A stretch of DNA of 64,000 bases, taken from contig MU054323.1 in the NCBI GenBank assembly GCA_013239625.1, positions 18,866,819 to 18,930,818 of the forward strand. Direction: 5' to 3'. Source of the DNA: Lama guanicoe. Its lineage: Eukaryota. Every line of letters begins with the position of its first letter. Position 1 is the first letter of the stretch. Under the pieces are notes generated by a model that made no database searches, was not told the origin of the DNA, and was given only the letters and a program-made list of their open reading frames with translations. A program made the position numbers and the translations under genes. Positions 12,969 to 25,203 of the stretch are shown here, piece after piece.

Positions 12969-14254
12969 TATTCTCTCATCAGTGAATAATCCCTTATCCA
13001 ATGCAAACTCTTTTCAAAGTGGTCGTCTCAGTGCTATAATAATGGTAGCCTCTGTCTGTCCCTTTTATAAGTGGTAGACTTCCTTCACCAAAGAATCTCT
13101 TTCAGTCAGAAGACATACCACTTGAGACATTAGGGAGGGGTATGCTGAATGGTACATGCGTGTGGGTAAATGGAGATCCCCCCATTCCTTTGAAAGACAT
13201 TGTGTGTGGTCATGTGACCAAGCTTGCTCTGTCCTTGCTATTCTGCTATAGCCCTCAGATTCTAGCTTCTATTAAAGTGGATCCTGTCCTCAGACCTCTC
13301 TTCCTGCATCTGTAATTATCCTTCATTGTAGTGTTGCTGAATACTGATGTTTTCTTCACGATTCTGTCCAAGTCTTTGAAGGCAGCTTATAGTTACTGAA
13401 ATGATGTCTGGTCCCTAAAACCACCTCCCACCCCATCCACGGTCAGCATCATCTGCAGGAAGAACCACCTTGACCCTAGTCCCTCAGCTGCTGCCAAGCC
13501 TGACAAGCTCTCTCTGGATGTGAGCTTTCCAGGACAGACATTCATATCCTTGAGTCATCAAGCAGAATAGTGCTTGGTTACCAAGTATCCCTGAGTAGTA
13601 GCTGTACATTCTGTCGTTTGCACTGTCTGTGGGTTTTAACCTCGTTAGCCAGAGCTCACTGCCTCTGGAGTCAGAGAGGGCTTATAAACAGCACTTACAT
13701 TGTAAGTCATTTCTTTTCAATTGTATAATGTGTAGTAAGCTGGACTCACTTGTTAACATATTTCCTGATGTCATAAATGTCAAATAAGATTCATTTTTAT
13801 CCGTGCTATTGGATTGTTTCATTATTAACTCTTCATAGTCAATTGCATCTTAGAAAAGGGTACCAGAACAGAAGAGCAGGCTCGTTGCACGTCTGTACAC
13901 TATAAGAAGAGATGCTTTCCATAGGCTGTTCACTGCATCTGTGGTGTTTAAGTCTCAATGACAAGTACCACCACAAGTTAAAAATGCCTTTTTATGATTT
14001 TCAAAATACAACAGATGCCCCCGTGCATCTGAATTCCAGAAATTAGGTGGCTAATAAACAATAATGATTCAAACCTACTTTCTACACACAGTTTGCTCTG
14101 AGTATCAGGATGTGTGCAGCATTCAGATGCCCATCAGTATTAGTTGAAGTAATGGGTTTCTACTGCCCAGTCTCATCCTGAATTCTGAGTTTATCATCAG
14201 AGATTGTGGTGAGTGTAAACAGGCTGAAAGTGAGCAACAGTAGTTACTTCAAGC

Positions 14255-14645
14255 CATTTCCTTCATTTAGGCATTTTACAGACGTTTCTGTGCAGCTGCT
14301 AATACCAGACATTCTTCTGGGTGCTGGATGAGACAGAGTTGAACAATGTACGATCTTTGCCTTCATGAAACTTAGGTTCTGGTGAACAATAGTTATTGCA
14401 GAACTGAATTGTTCAATAATGGTTAGATGGAAGAAAGTAGGGGACAGCAGGCTAAAGAGAGCAGAGTAAGGAAAAACGTGGTGCTGTTAACATCAGCTTA
14501 TGGGTCCAGAGTACTTTCTGTGACGGGACCAAGGAGTTCATGTGGGGAAGTGGGTGAAAATAAAGCTAAATAGGTTGGCAGTCGCCCGATCACTGAGAGC
14601 CTTGAGCAGTCAGCTATGACTTTTATTCTAAAGGCCATAGTGAAA
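14255..14645 (-). mobile_element. L2 fragment (degenerate)
   Basis: CCAGACATTCTTCTGGGTGCTGG...TGCCTTCATGAAACTTA and GACTTTTATTCTAAAGG resemble the antisense L2 3' region. Confidence 0.55.
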
Positions 14646-15059
14646 CTCAGCACACGGAACTCTTAGTACTGCCATTTGTATGTTGTCTCTGTTCTTAATT
14701 AAAGGAAACATTAAGTACTGGCTAAAAGTTACTGACAATGAAAATGGAACATTTCCCATCGAAGTCTTGGCCCCTGAATTCTAAGAGAATTTGCTTGAGG
14801 AAGAGACGAGATTTCTAATAAATGAAATAATTGCTGAAAACAGTAAATTCAGAATCATTCTAGTTTTTGCAGTTGTATAATGTTCTAGAGTTATGTATAG
14901 AAGTCTGAATGGAGGAGTGGAGAAGTTCAAAACATTTAACTCAAAAGTTGGAGTTTTGGTTGACAGTTCAATGAGAAATACTAATTGGCAAGCGAGTAAA
15001 AATCAGTGGCAAGAGAGTGATCAAATTGGATGCCTATGGGCGGGTTCTCGGTTAGACAG

Positions 15060-15180
15060 GGAAAATGAAAGACTGAATGCTTTTTTCCCTACGATCAGAA
15101 ACAAGCAACTATGTCTACTCTTGCCACTCTTACTCAAATATTGCTTGAAGTGTAGTAAAGCAGGAAAAGGAAACAGACGG
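15060..15180 (+). mobile_element. Short L1 ORF2 (RT-region) fragment
   Basis: GAAAGACTGAATGCTTTTTTCCCTACGATCAGAAACAAGCAA...CTCTTGCCACTCTTACTCAA resembles the L1 'LKAFPLRSGTRQGCPLSPLLFN' segment. Confidence 0.7.
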
Positions 15181-15304
15181 TGAACATGAATACAATTAAA
15201 TTACTCAAGCTTTTGTTTTATTTACATTGCAGTGTCTTCTAAGTGTCTTGTATGTCTGCTACTATCCCTTCCTCTTTCTTGTATTTTTCTACCTCTTAAA
15301 ATAT

Positions 15305-16950
15305 TAGTATTTTTAGAGAGGTTTCATGTTCACAACAAAATTGAGTACAAAGTATAGAGTTTCCACACATGCGTAACTTCCCCCATTATCAACAAATCCT
15401 TCATTTTTTTGACTATCAATGCCCTATATTGCTACATCATCGTCACACATAGTTCATAGTTTACATTAGGGGTCAGGCTTGGTGGTGTACATTCTATGGA
15501 TTTTGACAAACATAAAGTGACATATATCTGCCATCACAGTATCATACAGAATGGTATGCCCCCCCAAATTTTTATTGCCCTAAAAATCCTCTGTACTCTG
15601 CCTATTTATTCTCTTTCCCCTGAATCCTTGGCAACAATTGATCTTTTTATTCTTTTCACTGTTTTGCTTTTCCAGAATGTCATAGAGCTGGGATCTTATA
15701 GTATGTAGCTTTTCACATTGGCTTTTACTTAGGGATATGCATTTAAATTTCTTCCATGTTTTTTCATGTTTTGATAACTCACTTGTTTTTAACATTGAAT
15801 AAAACTCTACTATCTGACTATACCACAGTTTATTGATCTATTCATGTAGAGAAGGAACTCTTAGTTGCTTTCAAATTTTAGCAATTCTGAATAAACCTGC
15901 TATAGACATCTATGTGCAGGTTTTTGTGAGGATGTAAGTTTTCAGTTCATTTGGGTAAACACCACGGAGCACAATTGCTGGAACGTATGGTAAGAATATG
16001 TTTAGTTTTTCAAGAAACTGCTGAACTGTCTTCCAAAGTGGCTACACCATTTTGCATTCCCACCAGCAATAAATACGAGTTCCTGTTGCTCCCCAACTTT
16101 GCCAGCATTTGGTGTTGTCAGTGTTCTGGATTTTTGCCATTCCAATAGGCATATGGTGGCACCTCGTTGTTTTCATTTGCAATTCTCTGTTGACATATGA
16201 TGCTGAGCATCTTTTCACATGCTTATTTGTCATCTGTTTATCTTCTTTGGTGAGGCATCTGTTCAGAACTTTTGCCCATTTTAAAATTGAATTATTTGTT
16301 TTTTTATTGTTTAATTTTAAGTGTTCTTTGTTTATTTTGGATAACAGTCCTTTACCAGATATATCTTTTGAAATTATCTTTTTCCAGTTTGGGGCTTGTC
16401 TTATAATTGTGATAATGTCTTTTGCAGAGTAGAAGCTTCAAATTTTAATAAAGTCCAACTTATCAATTACTTCTTTCATAGATCATGACTTTGGTGTTGT
16501 ATCTAAAAAGTATTGCCAAATTCAAGGTTATCTATATACTCTTAAATTTTCTTGTAGTAGTTTTATAGTTTTGCATTGTACATTAAGCTCTTATGATTCA
16601 TTTTGAGTTACTTTTTGTAAGGATGTAAGGTCTGGGTCTACACATATATTTTTTGCACAAAGATGTTTGAAAAAACTATCTTTTCTGTAGTTTTGCCTTT
16701 GATTCTTTGTCAAAGATCAGTCAATTATATTTGTATGGATCTGTTTCTGAACTCTGTATTTTATTCCATCGACCTTTTTGTCAATTCTTTTGCCAATACC
16801 ACACTGCCTTGATTATTGTAGCTGTATATTGTCTCAAAATCAAGTAGTGTCAGTCCTCCAATTTTGTTCTTCTGCTTCAATATTGTGTTGGCCATTCTGG
16901 AACTTTTGCTTCTCCGTAAAAAACTTTTACAATCCGTTCATTGACATCCA
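15305..16950 (-). mobile_element. LINE-1 3' fragment (L1MC1-like), ORF2 C-terminus plus 3' UTR
   Basis: Antisense of the same family as 395-1590 (CCTAAAAATCCTCTGT; CATTTTGCATTCCCACCAGCAAT). ORF 16042-16233(-), HVKRCS...CWQSWG...CWWECK, is the L1 ORF2 Cys-rich C-terminus. Confidence 0.92.
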
Positions 16951-18339
16951 ATCCTCCTTCCTTTTTATTTTCAGTTTTATGACATTTTTGTTCATCAGCT
17001 TACCTTTTAATGGAAAGTTATATAGAAGCAGATATTAAATGCACATGTTCAGCTATGAATTTATGTATAACTAATCTAGTACTCTCTGATTGCTAATAAT
17101 CAAAACCCATGTGAAAGCTTAAAAATGATGTAGATCTTGAGAACCAATGTTATAAGGAGACACTAGACTACTTTGTGACTTCTCTCTGCATTGATTTGGT
17201 CTTAATTGCAAATACCAAACCTATTTTCCTAGCTAAAGTTGATAATAAATTTAATAAACAATAATAATTAACTCACATAACGTTTGGGAAGGCCAGAGAA
17301 CCAGGCTATAAAATTTCATAGCCAGAAGTGCTCAACCATCCATGGGGACAGTAAAATACTCTAGTGAAAATTCTCCTGCCACTTCCATTTGAATTTGAAG
17401 ACACTCAAGAAGAATTGGATACCAGGAATTTCACCTCTGCCTCCTTGCCCACCAGATACCTTTGGGATTGTACTTGCCAGATAATTTCCCAATGTGACCA
17501 CCACCTTGAATAGGTCACATATAACCTGAAAATGTTGCCTCTCCTATGGATCATATCCTTAGCATCCTGCTTCCTCACACATGGTTAGCTCAGCCGACAT
17601 TTAATTTCTTGCTAATGCTAAAAACAGGGTTTTTTTTTTTTTAAATAGGAAGAAAAAGAGGGAAACAGTGTACAAAATTAATTTTTCAAAATATTCCACT
17701 TGGCCTAGGTTGGGAGTCATTCTGGACACTGTTCATTGAGAAAACATTTTGAAGGGGTGCTAATGAAATAACTTCTAACTTTATAAGTTCAAGTTTCATG
17801 AAAGTGCATCTTATTAAAGCAGATCTGACCAGCAGCTTATTGGCAAACCCAGTTATCATCGGATGCTAGCAGCTTAGCAGAAGCAAATCTGGAAATAGGA
17901 GGAGGTTTTCAGTTCCTATCTTGAAGAGATGGAATACAAAACTTGGAAAGTTACTATCACATATATAGAGTTTTTAAAAATATTAGGTGGGTCTATATGT
18001 TAAATGCTCACCAAAATTTTAATCCTTTTGTCTTGCCTATCCCTTTAACATTGGTTGCGCTTTTTTTTTCTTTTTTATAAGATAGGAATCATAGAAGAGT
18101 GATCCATTTCAACAGCTATAAAGAGATGGTAGATGTAATCAATCCTGTTGGTTGTTATATCCATGAGATGAAAGAATTTGAAGAGAAGGGAAGATGGGAA
18201 ATAAATATTCATTTCTGGCCACTGGGATAAGTATTTTACAAATGCAATTCCATGTCTTACTAATGAGTCTACATTCTCTCACTGTGCTACTTAATTCAGC
18301 CTCACAGGTCTTAATGCCACCCACATGTTGACTCACTTC

Positions 18340-19383
18340 GGTATATCTGTTAGTCCTGACTCGTCCACTAACATCTAGACTCCTATACCCAATTACCTAC
18401 TTACTGTGTGCTTTTAGAGTGTTAATGGATATCATAAACTTAACCAAAGTCAAAACAAAACTTTATGTCTACATAAGAATCTGTTCTTCCACCAAGCTCT
18501 CCAGTTTCAGTAAAAGGTACCACTGTTCAGATGCTATCCAGAAATAAGAATTATCTGTGATTCCCCTTATAATTTCACTCATCCTCAACCCACCAGTTAA
18601 GTCCAGAATACATCCTGAATGCGCCTGTTTTAGTGCACCAGCCCATTTCTGTGAGGTAGTTATCACACTACCAACATTTGACAAAATCTCTTGCTTGGAC
18701 TTCTGCAGTAGCTTACTAAGTCTTCTTTTGACTCTTATTCTGCTGCAATCTCTTGTACGCATAACAGTCAAAATGGTATTTTAAACATGGAGATAAGACT
18801 TCTTCTTTCTTCTAACTCCTTGTAATAGCTTTTCATTACATGTAAAATATAAATTTAACATCTAACCTTGATCTGAAAGACAATGAATGGCTCTGTCAAC
18901 TTTTACAAACGTATCTCCTGCCTTTTCAATGGGCTCTGGCAATTCTGGATTTCTTATTTCTGCCATATTAATGTCTAACTTGGGATCTAGATTATTTTCT
19001 CCTGTATCTTTGCTTGTCTAGCTCCTTCTTGTCATTCAGGTATCAGTTCAAGTGTGACCTTCTCCTTGACTACTCAATCTAAATTGCTGTACTTCCTTTT
19101 CTGTTGTATAGCCTCCTGTTTTATGCTCTTCATGGCACTTCCCTCTGTTTGAAATGATCTTTCTTATTTATCTTCGTTTTCTTCTTTTACTTTGTAGCTC
19201 TCTCCCTAGTAACCACACCCCCCCACACACCCAGACACATACACACACATGCATACATGATTATATGTTCAGCCAGAGCAGGGAGAATTTCTTTCTTGTT
19301 GACTGCTATAATTCTAGCACCTAGAAAACCTTCCAACCAAATAGGTGCTTGGTAAATAGTGGTTGAATGGGTGAATAAATGAG
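18340..19383 (+). mobile_element. L2 (L2a-like) 3' fragment
   Basis: TCTCTTGCTTGGACTTCTGCAGTAGCTTACTAAG motif and L2 3' terminus CTAGCACCTAGAA...TAGGTGCTTGGTAAATAGTGGTTGAATGGGTGAATAAATGA. Confidence 0.85.
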
Positions 19384-19529
19384 CCTCAAAATGATGGTCA
19401 TAGATTACATTATTATGCTTATTTCACATATGAGACACTAACACTCAAAATTATTTATATTCAACTAGTAAGTGGTCAAACTCAAAATAGAACCATAAGC
19501 CTCTCTTTTGGTCTACATTCTGCTAGCTC

Positions 19530-19561
<32 letters not shown>

Positions 19562-19562
19562 T
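19530..19562. repeat. (TG)n microsatellite
   Basis: About 16 TG units with one interruption. Confidence 0.97.
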
Positions 19563-21439
19563 TATTGTTACTGTTGTTTATAATTGCTTTAAATATTTGT
19601 CTTATGTTCTTTGGGGGCATTCTTAGGAATCCCTAGGGTGTAAAATTTGTTGACTATATGGAGAACTTGACACAGTTTCTTGTAAAACATTTCAACAAAT
19701 GTTACAAGCATTGCGACCAAGCACCTCTAGTCCTCATTCTTCTGACACTGTTCTAGAAGATCCCATATTCTTTCAGTTGAGCAAAGTCCCTTGTTAAAAT
19801 ACAAACATACAAATTGAGATGAATGAGACCAAAAGTCAACAAAAGGTGCTACGACTTTGGGAAGTCATTGCCTGTCTGGGCTTTTGTTTTGTCATATTTT
19901 AACTAAAGAAATTGACTTAGATTCTCTTCCCTTTCCATTCCTGAATACCTTGAGATTTCCATAAATCTTACTTCATTAGCACCACTTCAAGACTTGTTCT
20001 TAAATGGCAGTGTCAGGAGAGGTCCACTCCTAGGCCTGCTGGCGTATCTTGAAAAATTCTTTCAATGTATTCCAATATATCCTTCTCCCTTCCCTCTACT
20101 TAAAGCTACTGCTTTCAACATTTGTGAGAATTAAATATGAGCTAAGTTAACCATGCATCAGGAAGCAGAAGAAGTAACGGTGTTATAAGCTGAAAACACA
20201 TAGAAAAGACCCATAGGTAGAGCTTAAATTAAAAAAAAAACAAAAACAAAAAACAATGTAGGTTTGAAGACAGCGGTAAAACAAGAAGTTTTGTACAGCT
20301 GAAGGTTAGGAATGGATAACAGTAATACATTGTAATCTGGTGGGGACTAACGGATCAGTAAAAGGTGGGTCTACAATTAGAAGAGGGGTCTTCAGAGTGA
20401 AGTGGACAGAACAGCACTGCACCTGGTGAGTTTTCCTTACTTTGCTGAGCAAGCACAATGTTCAGTTCCGGTATTTACTTCTCCCATCATTCCTCAGTCT
20501 TCTGAATTTTCTGTTTCCCTCTTGATTTAATGATTCAGGAAAAGCCTGCCCCCTTAATGAATGCACGTCTCTCTTCCTGCTCTTCTGTTTACTCTAGGCA
20601 GAGCTTCCATGCTGAGTAAAATAGCAAACTACTCAATTTCCTGGTAACTTCTAGCATTATCAAGGAAAACCTCCTGCTCCTTTTCAAGGCTCGTTGTCCA
20701 AGAAGGTTTTGTTTTGTTGTTATCATGATTTTACGTGTACTCTTTTAAAATATAATTGAACATATAATTTGAATCATTACTAAAGAGAATGTGTAGCTAT
20801 TAGAATGTTTGCATCATAAACTTGTGTGATTCCAGATGCATAAGAGACTCTTCTTTTGTTACTGGTTTTCTAAGGCATTCTTCAGTTTTGTACTGACTTT
20901 CCTGCTTCCCAGATCCCTGCATATACTAGTTCTTTCCCCTTATCTGGAGCTAACTTCCAGGCTCATCCTCACTGTATCTTTACTGCAAACACTGGGGTCA
21001 GCTTTATCTTTTGTTGAAGAGAATTTGAGAACCCTCCCTGAATGGCAAGCAGCTTAACACTAAAGCGTCCTTGTCCCCTGGATAGCTGTATTAAGTCAGT
21101 TGTGCCTTTGCTTTATTTTGACATTTAGGCTTAACATAATGTTTCATTTCTAGCATTGGGGACCCGTTTAAATGACTTGTATCTCAGTCTGTTCCTGGGA
21201 AATCTATTTATCTCCTCCAAGATCCAGACACTTCCATGAACATTCTCAATTTCCAAAAGATTTAAATTCTGAGCTCTGGTGCCAAAGATGGCACCCTGCT
21301 TCTTCTTACTAGAATTCTGTCATGCCAACCATCTGCATCCTGTCTGGATCGCTACATATAGCCTGTTCTATTGTGACTTTCTAGTGAGTGAATCTGCCAC
21401 AGATTCATTCCATTTGACCAGGGCTTCCTGATGCTACAT

Positions 21440-21855
21440 TCTTCAGCTAATGTTACCATAGTGCTGTGTAATAGAACCACCTCAAAATTCAGTGATTTTT
21501 ACAACAAAGAGTCATTTCTCAGGCACCAGTTTGCTAGAGGCTATGACTCTGGTAAGCATCTGGGACTGATGGGGTTGGCTCAGGCTGAGGTTTGGGTTCA
21601 GGGCTCCACATTTCTCTGCGTCCCAAACTGTGCTTCTCTATTCCACATGGCAGAAGCGCAAGAGAGCCTACTGAAAACACACAGTGTTTTATCTCAGAAG
21701 TAGCTCACTGTCACTTCATCCCATATTCTTTTGTTCAAAAAAGACGAAGAGCCAACCCTAATATCTGAGAGGCAGAAAAATATTCTCTGTTCAAAGTGAA
21801 CCATAACAATGAAGGGAGGAAATAAAGAATTGGGAACAAATTCAGTTTACTGCAG
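21440..21855 (-). mobile_element. MaLR solo LTR (MLT1J/K-like)
   Basis: TGCTGTGTAA...CCTCAAAATTCAGTGATTTTACAACAAAG...CCACATGGCAGAAG...CACTGTCACTTC...CATATTCT. Confidence 0.7.
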
Positions 21856-22369
21856 ATTCCCACCACTTAATTAGATTGATGGACATCATTAGGATTAGCA
21901 TGACCAGAGCACTGAAATGATATTTCAGGAGGGTTTTTGTTTGTTTCTTTGGGTTTTTGTTTGTTTGTTTTAGCGGTTTTCCATCTGTAAACACATACAC
22001 AGTCTGTGTGCTTCTCTGGCTACACTTCCCTGCCTCTGTAAATAATGCAATGGAGGATAATGATAGTTGCTTGGTGGAAAGTGCTGTAATTGCAGGAATC
22101 TGCAGTCTTGTACTAGGTTCTGTAGTGCCTCCAGCAAGTCTGGCTATACTGGGATCACTAACAGTACAAGCATTTGCAAGGCCATTATCTTATTTTATAT
22201 AAGAATTAGGATTGAATTTTGATTTTGTGCTTATTCTGTTAGAAAAAAATTTTATATGGGTTATTTCTTAAAAACAACAATGATGACAACATTTCATCTT
22301 TATAACAGCTTCAAAATTGTTATTCTTGAATACAGTGTCATGCTATCAGTCTTAGTTCCCTAGTAGAAT

Positions 22370-22515
22370 GTTTGTTCAACTGTGATCTTCAGAACAGGTG
22401 GTCAGAATCACTGGACCCAACCTCAAATCTGCTGAACCAGAATTTCTGTGGGTGAGGCTTATGACTTTGCTTACACATTTTACATCCTCCCAGAGTAACT
22501 CTTACGCTACTAGTT
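22370..22515. mobile_element. MER5-like hAT-Charlie MITE fragment
   Basis: CAGAATCACTGG...CTGCTGAACCAGAATTTCTGTGGGTGAGGC...CCTCCCAGAGTAACTCT. Confidence 0.6.
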
Positions 22516-22759
22516 AGATGATCCTTATCCTTGTATAAGAAAAAGACTGTGTTTCAGGACAATAACAATGATGACACAGCATCATCAAAGTCCTGCAACT
22601 AATACCTGAAGGATAAGAATAACCATCAAAGACTGAAAAGGAAGAAATGACCTGAAATCGGTAAATATTTCACTTTCAGTATTAAAAATCATATATTAGA
22701 ACCAAAGGAGACCTTGGAGTCCAAACCTCACAACACATGACTGAGGAAACTGATAGCAG

Positions 22760-22940
22760 CAGGTGTTACCTAGTGAGCGCTTACTGTATGCTCGGCATTG
22801 TGCTAAGCACCATACAGGGAATATTTGATTTAATCTTTGCTGCTCGGAGAGTTGAAGAAGATTTAACATTATCAAGTATGTTATCGGCAAAGATGGGGTC
22901 AGACTCTAGATTTGGCTCAGAGCCACATTCTTATTTTACC
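22760..22940 (-). mobile_element. MIR SINE fragment
   Basis: GTGAGCGCTTACTGTATGCTCGGCATTGTGCTAAGCAC...ATTTAATC. Confidence 0.75.
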
Positions 22941-24726
22941 TCATAGCTACTTATCTTCTTCTTGGAAGAAAGGTGGGTACCAACCAATTATACGTGCTCC
23001 TTGGAATGAGTTTCAGGTACTTATATCACAAGTCACACTTTCACAAAATGTTTGCCACCTACTTACTTTTTCACTTTCCCTAAGGAAGAAATGTCACACT
23101 TTGACCTTATTAAAAGTCCAAGCACAAGGTATATTGTGTTAAAATAAGATGACTAAGAAAAGATCCAGATGTAAAGACTTATGTGAAGAGCGCCCAGAAT
23201 ACTGGAGTTAATTCCCTTCTCAATGATTTATTCTTAATTGTGTAATGAAGAATTATACATTGTGATCTTTAAGCAGTAATTTAATTGTACATTCTGTGCT
23301 GTGTAGGATTCTGGACCCAGCAATTTTCTTGCTCATTATCTTGAGGGATCGGTTTTGCATGTGGGCTGTGTGCATATGTTTCATCCAGTCATTTGTCAAG
23401 CATCCTTATAGTTTCTATTTCCTACAAGCCTTGTCGTTTATTAAAGTTTCCATAAATTTGTAAGATCAAAAAACTGCATCTTCTCTTATATGGTTTTGTG
23501 ATGGAGTTTGGACAGGGGGAGCAAGTAGTTCTGCCTTGCTTCCCATCCCTTTCATCAAAAAGGCCCAATATTTTAGTATGGCTAAACCTTCATGCTCTGG
23601 TCCTGGCCTACTTTTTCAACTGCATGTCTTACCACTTTCTCTGTTCCTCAACTTCTACTGCAACAATACTTGAAATGTTCGCAGCGTGTAACACAGTCTC
23701 ATTTACCCATACACGTGTACAGATTTTTTATCTGCCTAAAACTCTTGTTTACTTCCCTCCCTGAAGAATTCCAAGATTCAACTTACATGTTAACTTGTCT
23801 GCAATATATTCCAACTCAGTCTTAACCTCCAAGCAGGATTAATTACTTCCTTCTCTGCCTTATCTCTGAACTTTGTACTTAACTCTCTCAGTCCCTGCAT
23901 TTGCCCACTCTACATTTTGGTTGCTTGTTTGTCTTCAGAATTTCTTGCTTTATTCTGAATTGCTTGAGGTAGATACTTCATCTGATTCCTTTATTTCTCC
24001 AGAACCTAGAATACCTGCCAGAGCAAATGCCTAGAAGGGATTTATCTTCCCCTTTGCTTTATGTTCTTAAAGACTCATATTTTTCCAATGCAGTTTTCTT
24101 TGTAATCCATTAACTGAAATAAACAGCATTTAGTGGGAATTAGCATGTTGATTAGTAGGCTGAACATTAATGATTATGCTGATTTATTACAATGAGGAGT
24201 ATTATTTCCATAGGGCATCACAGTTTCTGAAGAATTTTCTTATACATGAACTTAAATTTGATATTACCAAGGTAGATATTCATTACTGATTCCAGCGAAG
24301 GGCCTGGAGATCCCACAGTTGTAGATGGTTGACCCATTATGGCTAGTTTGTTTGTTTTTAACCTCATGTGTTATGCTCATTCCGTTTGTAAAGAGGGAGT
24401 TATGAATGACCAGCTTAGTGAGTCCACTTCAAGGAACATGGATCATTTATTCCTTTTTTAGAAGTCTTCAGATTAAAATTAATTTTATTTTCTTAAATAT
24501 AATACAGCATAATTTATTTTTTTCAAATTGAATGGGATCTCACAAGCATTTACTTTTTAAAAAGTATACCATATCTCAGATATTGAGATATATGGTATGC
24601 AATAAGTATTCCCCAGTCCTTTTGCAAAATTTTAAGACTTGCGGGAAAGGAGGATTTGCAACCATTAAAAAAAAAAAATTTTTTTTTTGAATGAAGTAAA
24701 AGAAAGAAAAAAGGAGTACTGGTATA

Positions 24727-25203
24727 TGTCAACTGAAACAAATGCACAGCCTAAAAGTTGAGAGGTATGTTTTATTTGACCAGAGAACTGGAGCCGGGAT
24801 GACAGCCTGTAAGATCGCTCTGAGGGACTGCTCCAAAGAGGTAGGGGAGGAGCTGGGTTACATAGGAGCTTTACAACAAAGACCAGGTAGTTAGAACAAT
24901 AAAAGATTACTTGTTATCTAAAGAAAACCAGGCATCTCAAGTTAAAGAATTTAGCGCTTTTCTATGCATGGGAGGAAGCAAACATTTGGGCTCATTGGAT
25001 TCATTCCTTTGAAAGCACCCAGCTATCTAGGGCCAGTATCCTGTCCTTTCTTATTCTGAGTCCCCTCAGGGTGCTCCACTGTGAGGGCTGCAGAGGCGGG
25101 GCTGCAGGCTTGTTTGCACTGGGGGGTGGCGGCAGCCGCTGATGACTTGATGGTTCCAGCATTCTCTGTTTACTGATAGAGTTTGCAGTATTTTTCATTA
25201 ACA
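24727..25203 (-). mobile_element. ERV1 solo LTR, MER41-like cetartiodactyl family
   Basis: 477 bp with TG...CA termini. Contains AAAGTTGAGAGGTATGTTTTATTTG, GCTCTGAGGGACTGCTCCAAAGAGG and GGGCCAGTATCCTG...CCCCTCAGGGTGC; the minus strand has AATAAA near its 3' end. Imperfect 4-bp flanks TATA/AATA. Confidence 0.85.

Noticed and set aside
395..16950. Inverted L1MC1-like pair as a segmental inversion or composite element
   Set aside because: Old, diverged copies about 14 kb apart with no shared flanks; best explained as independent insertions.
24663..24693. A12-T10 palindrome resembling a terminator hairpin
   Set aside because: Simple mononucleotide runs in mammalian DNA; intrinsic terminators do not apply.
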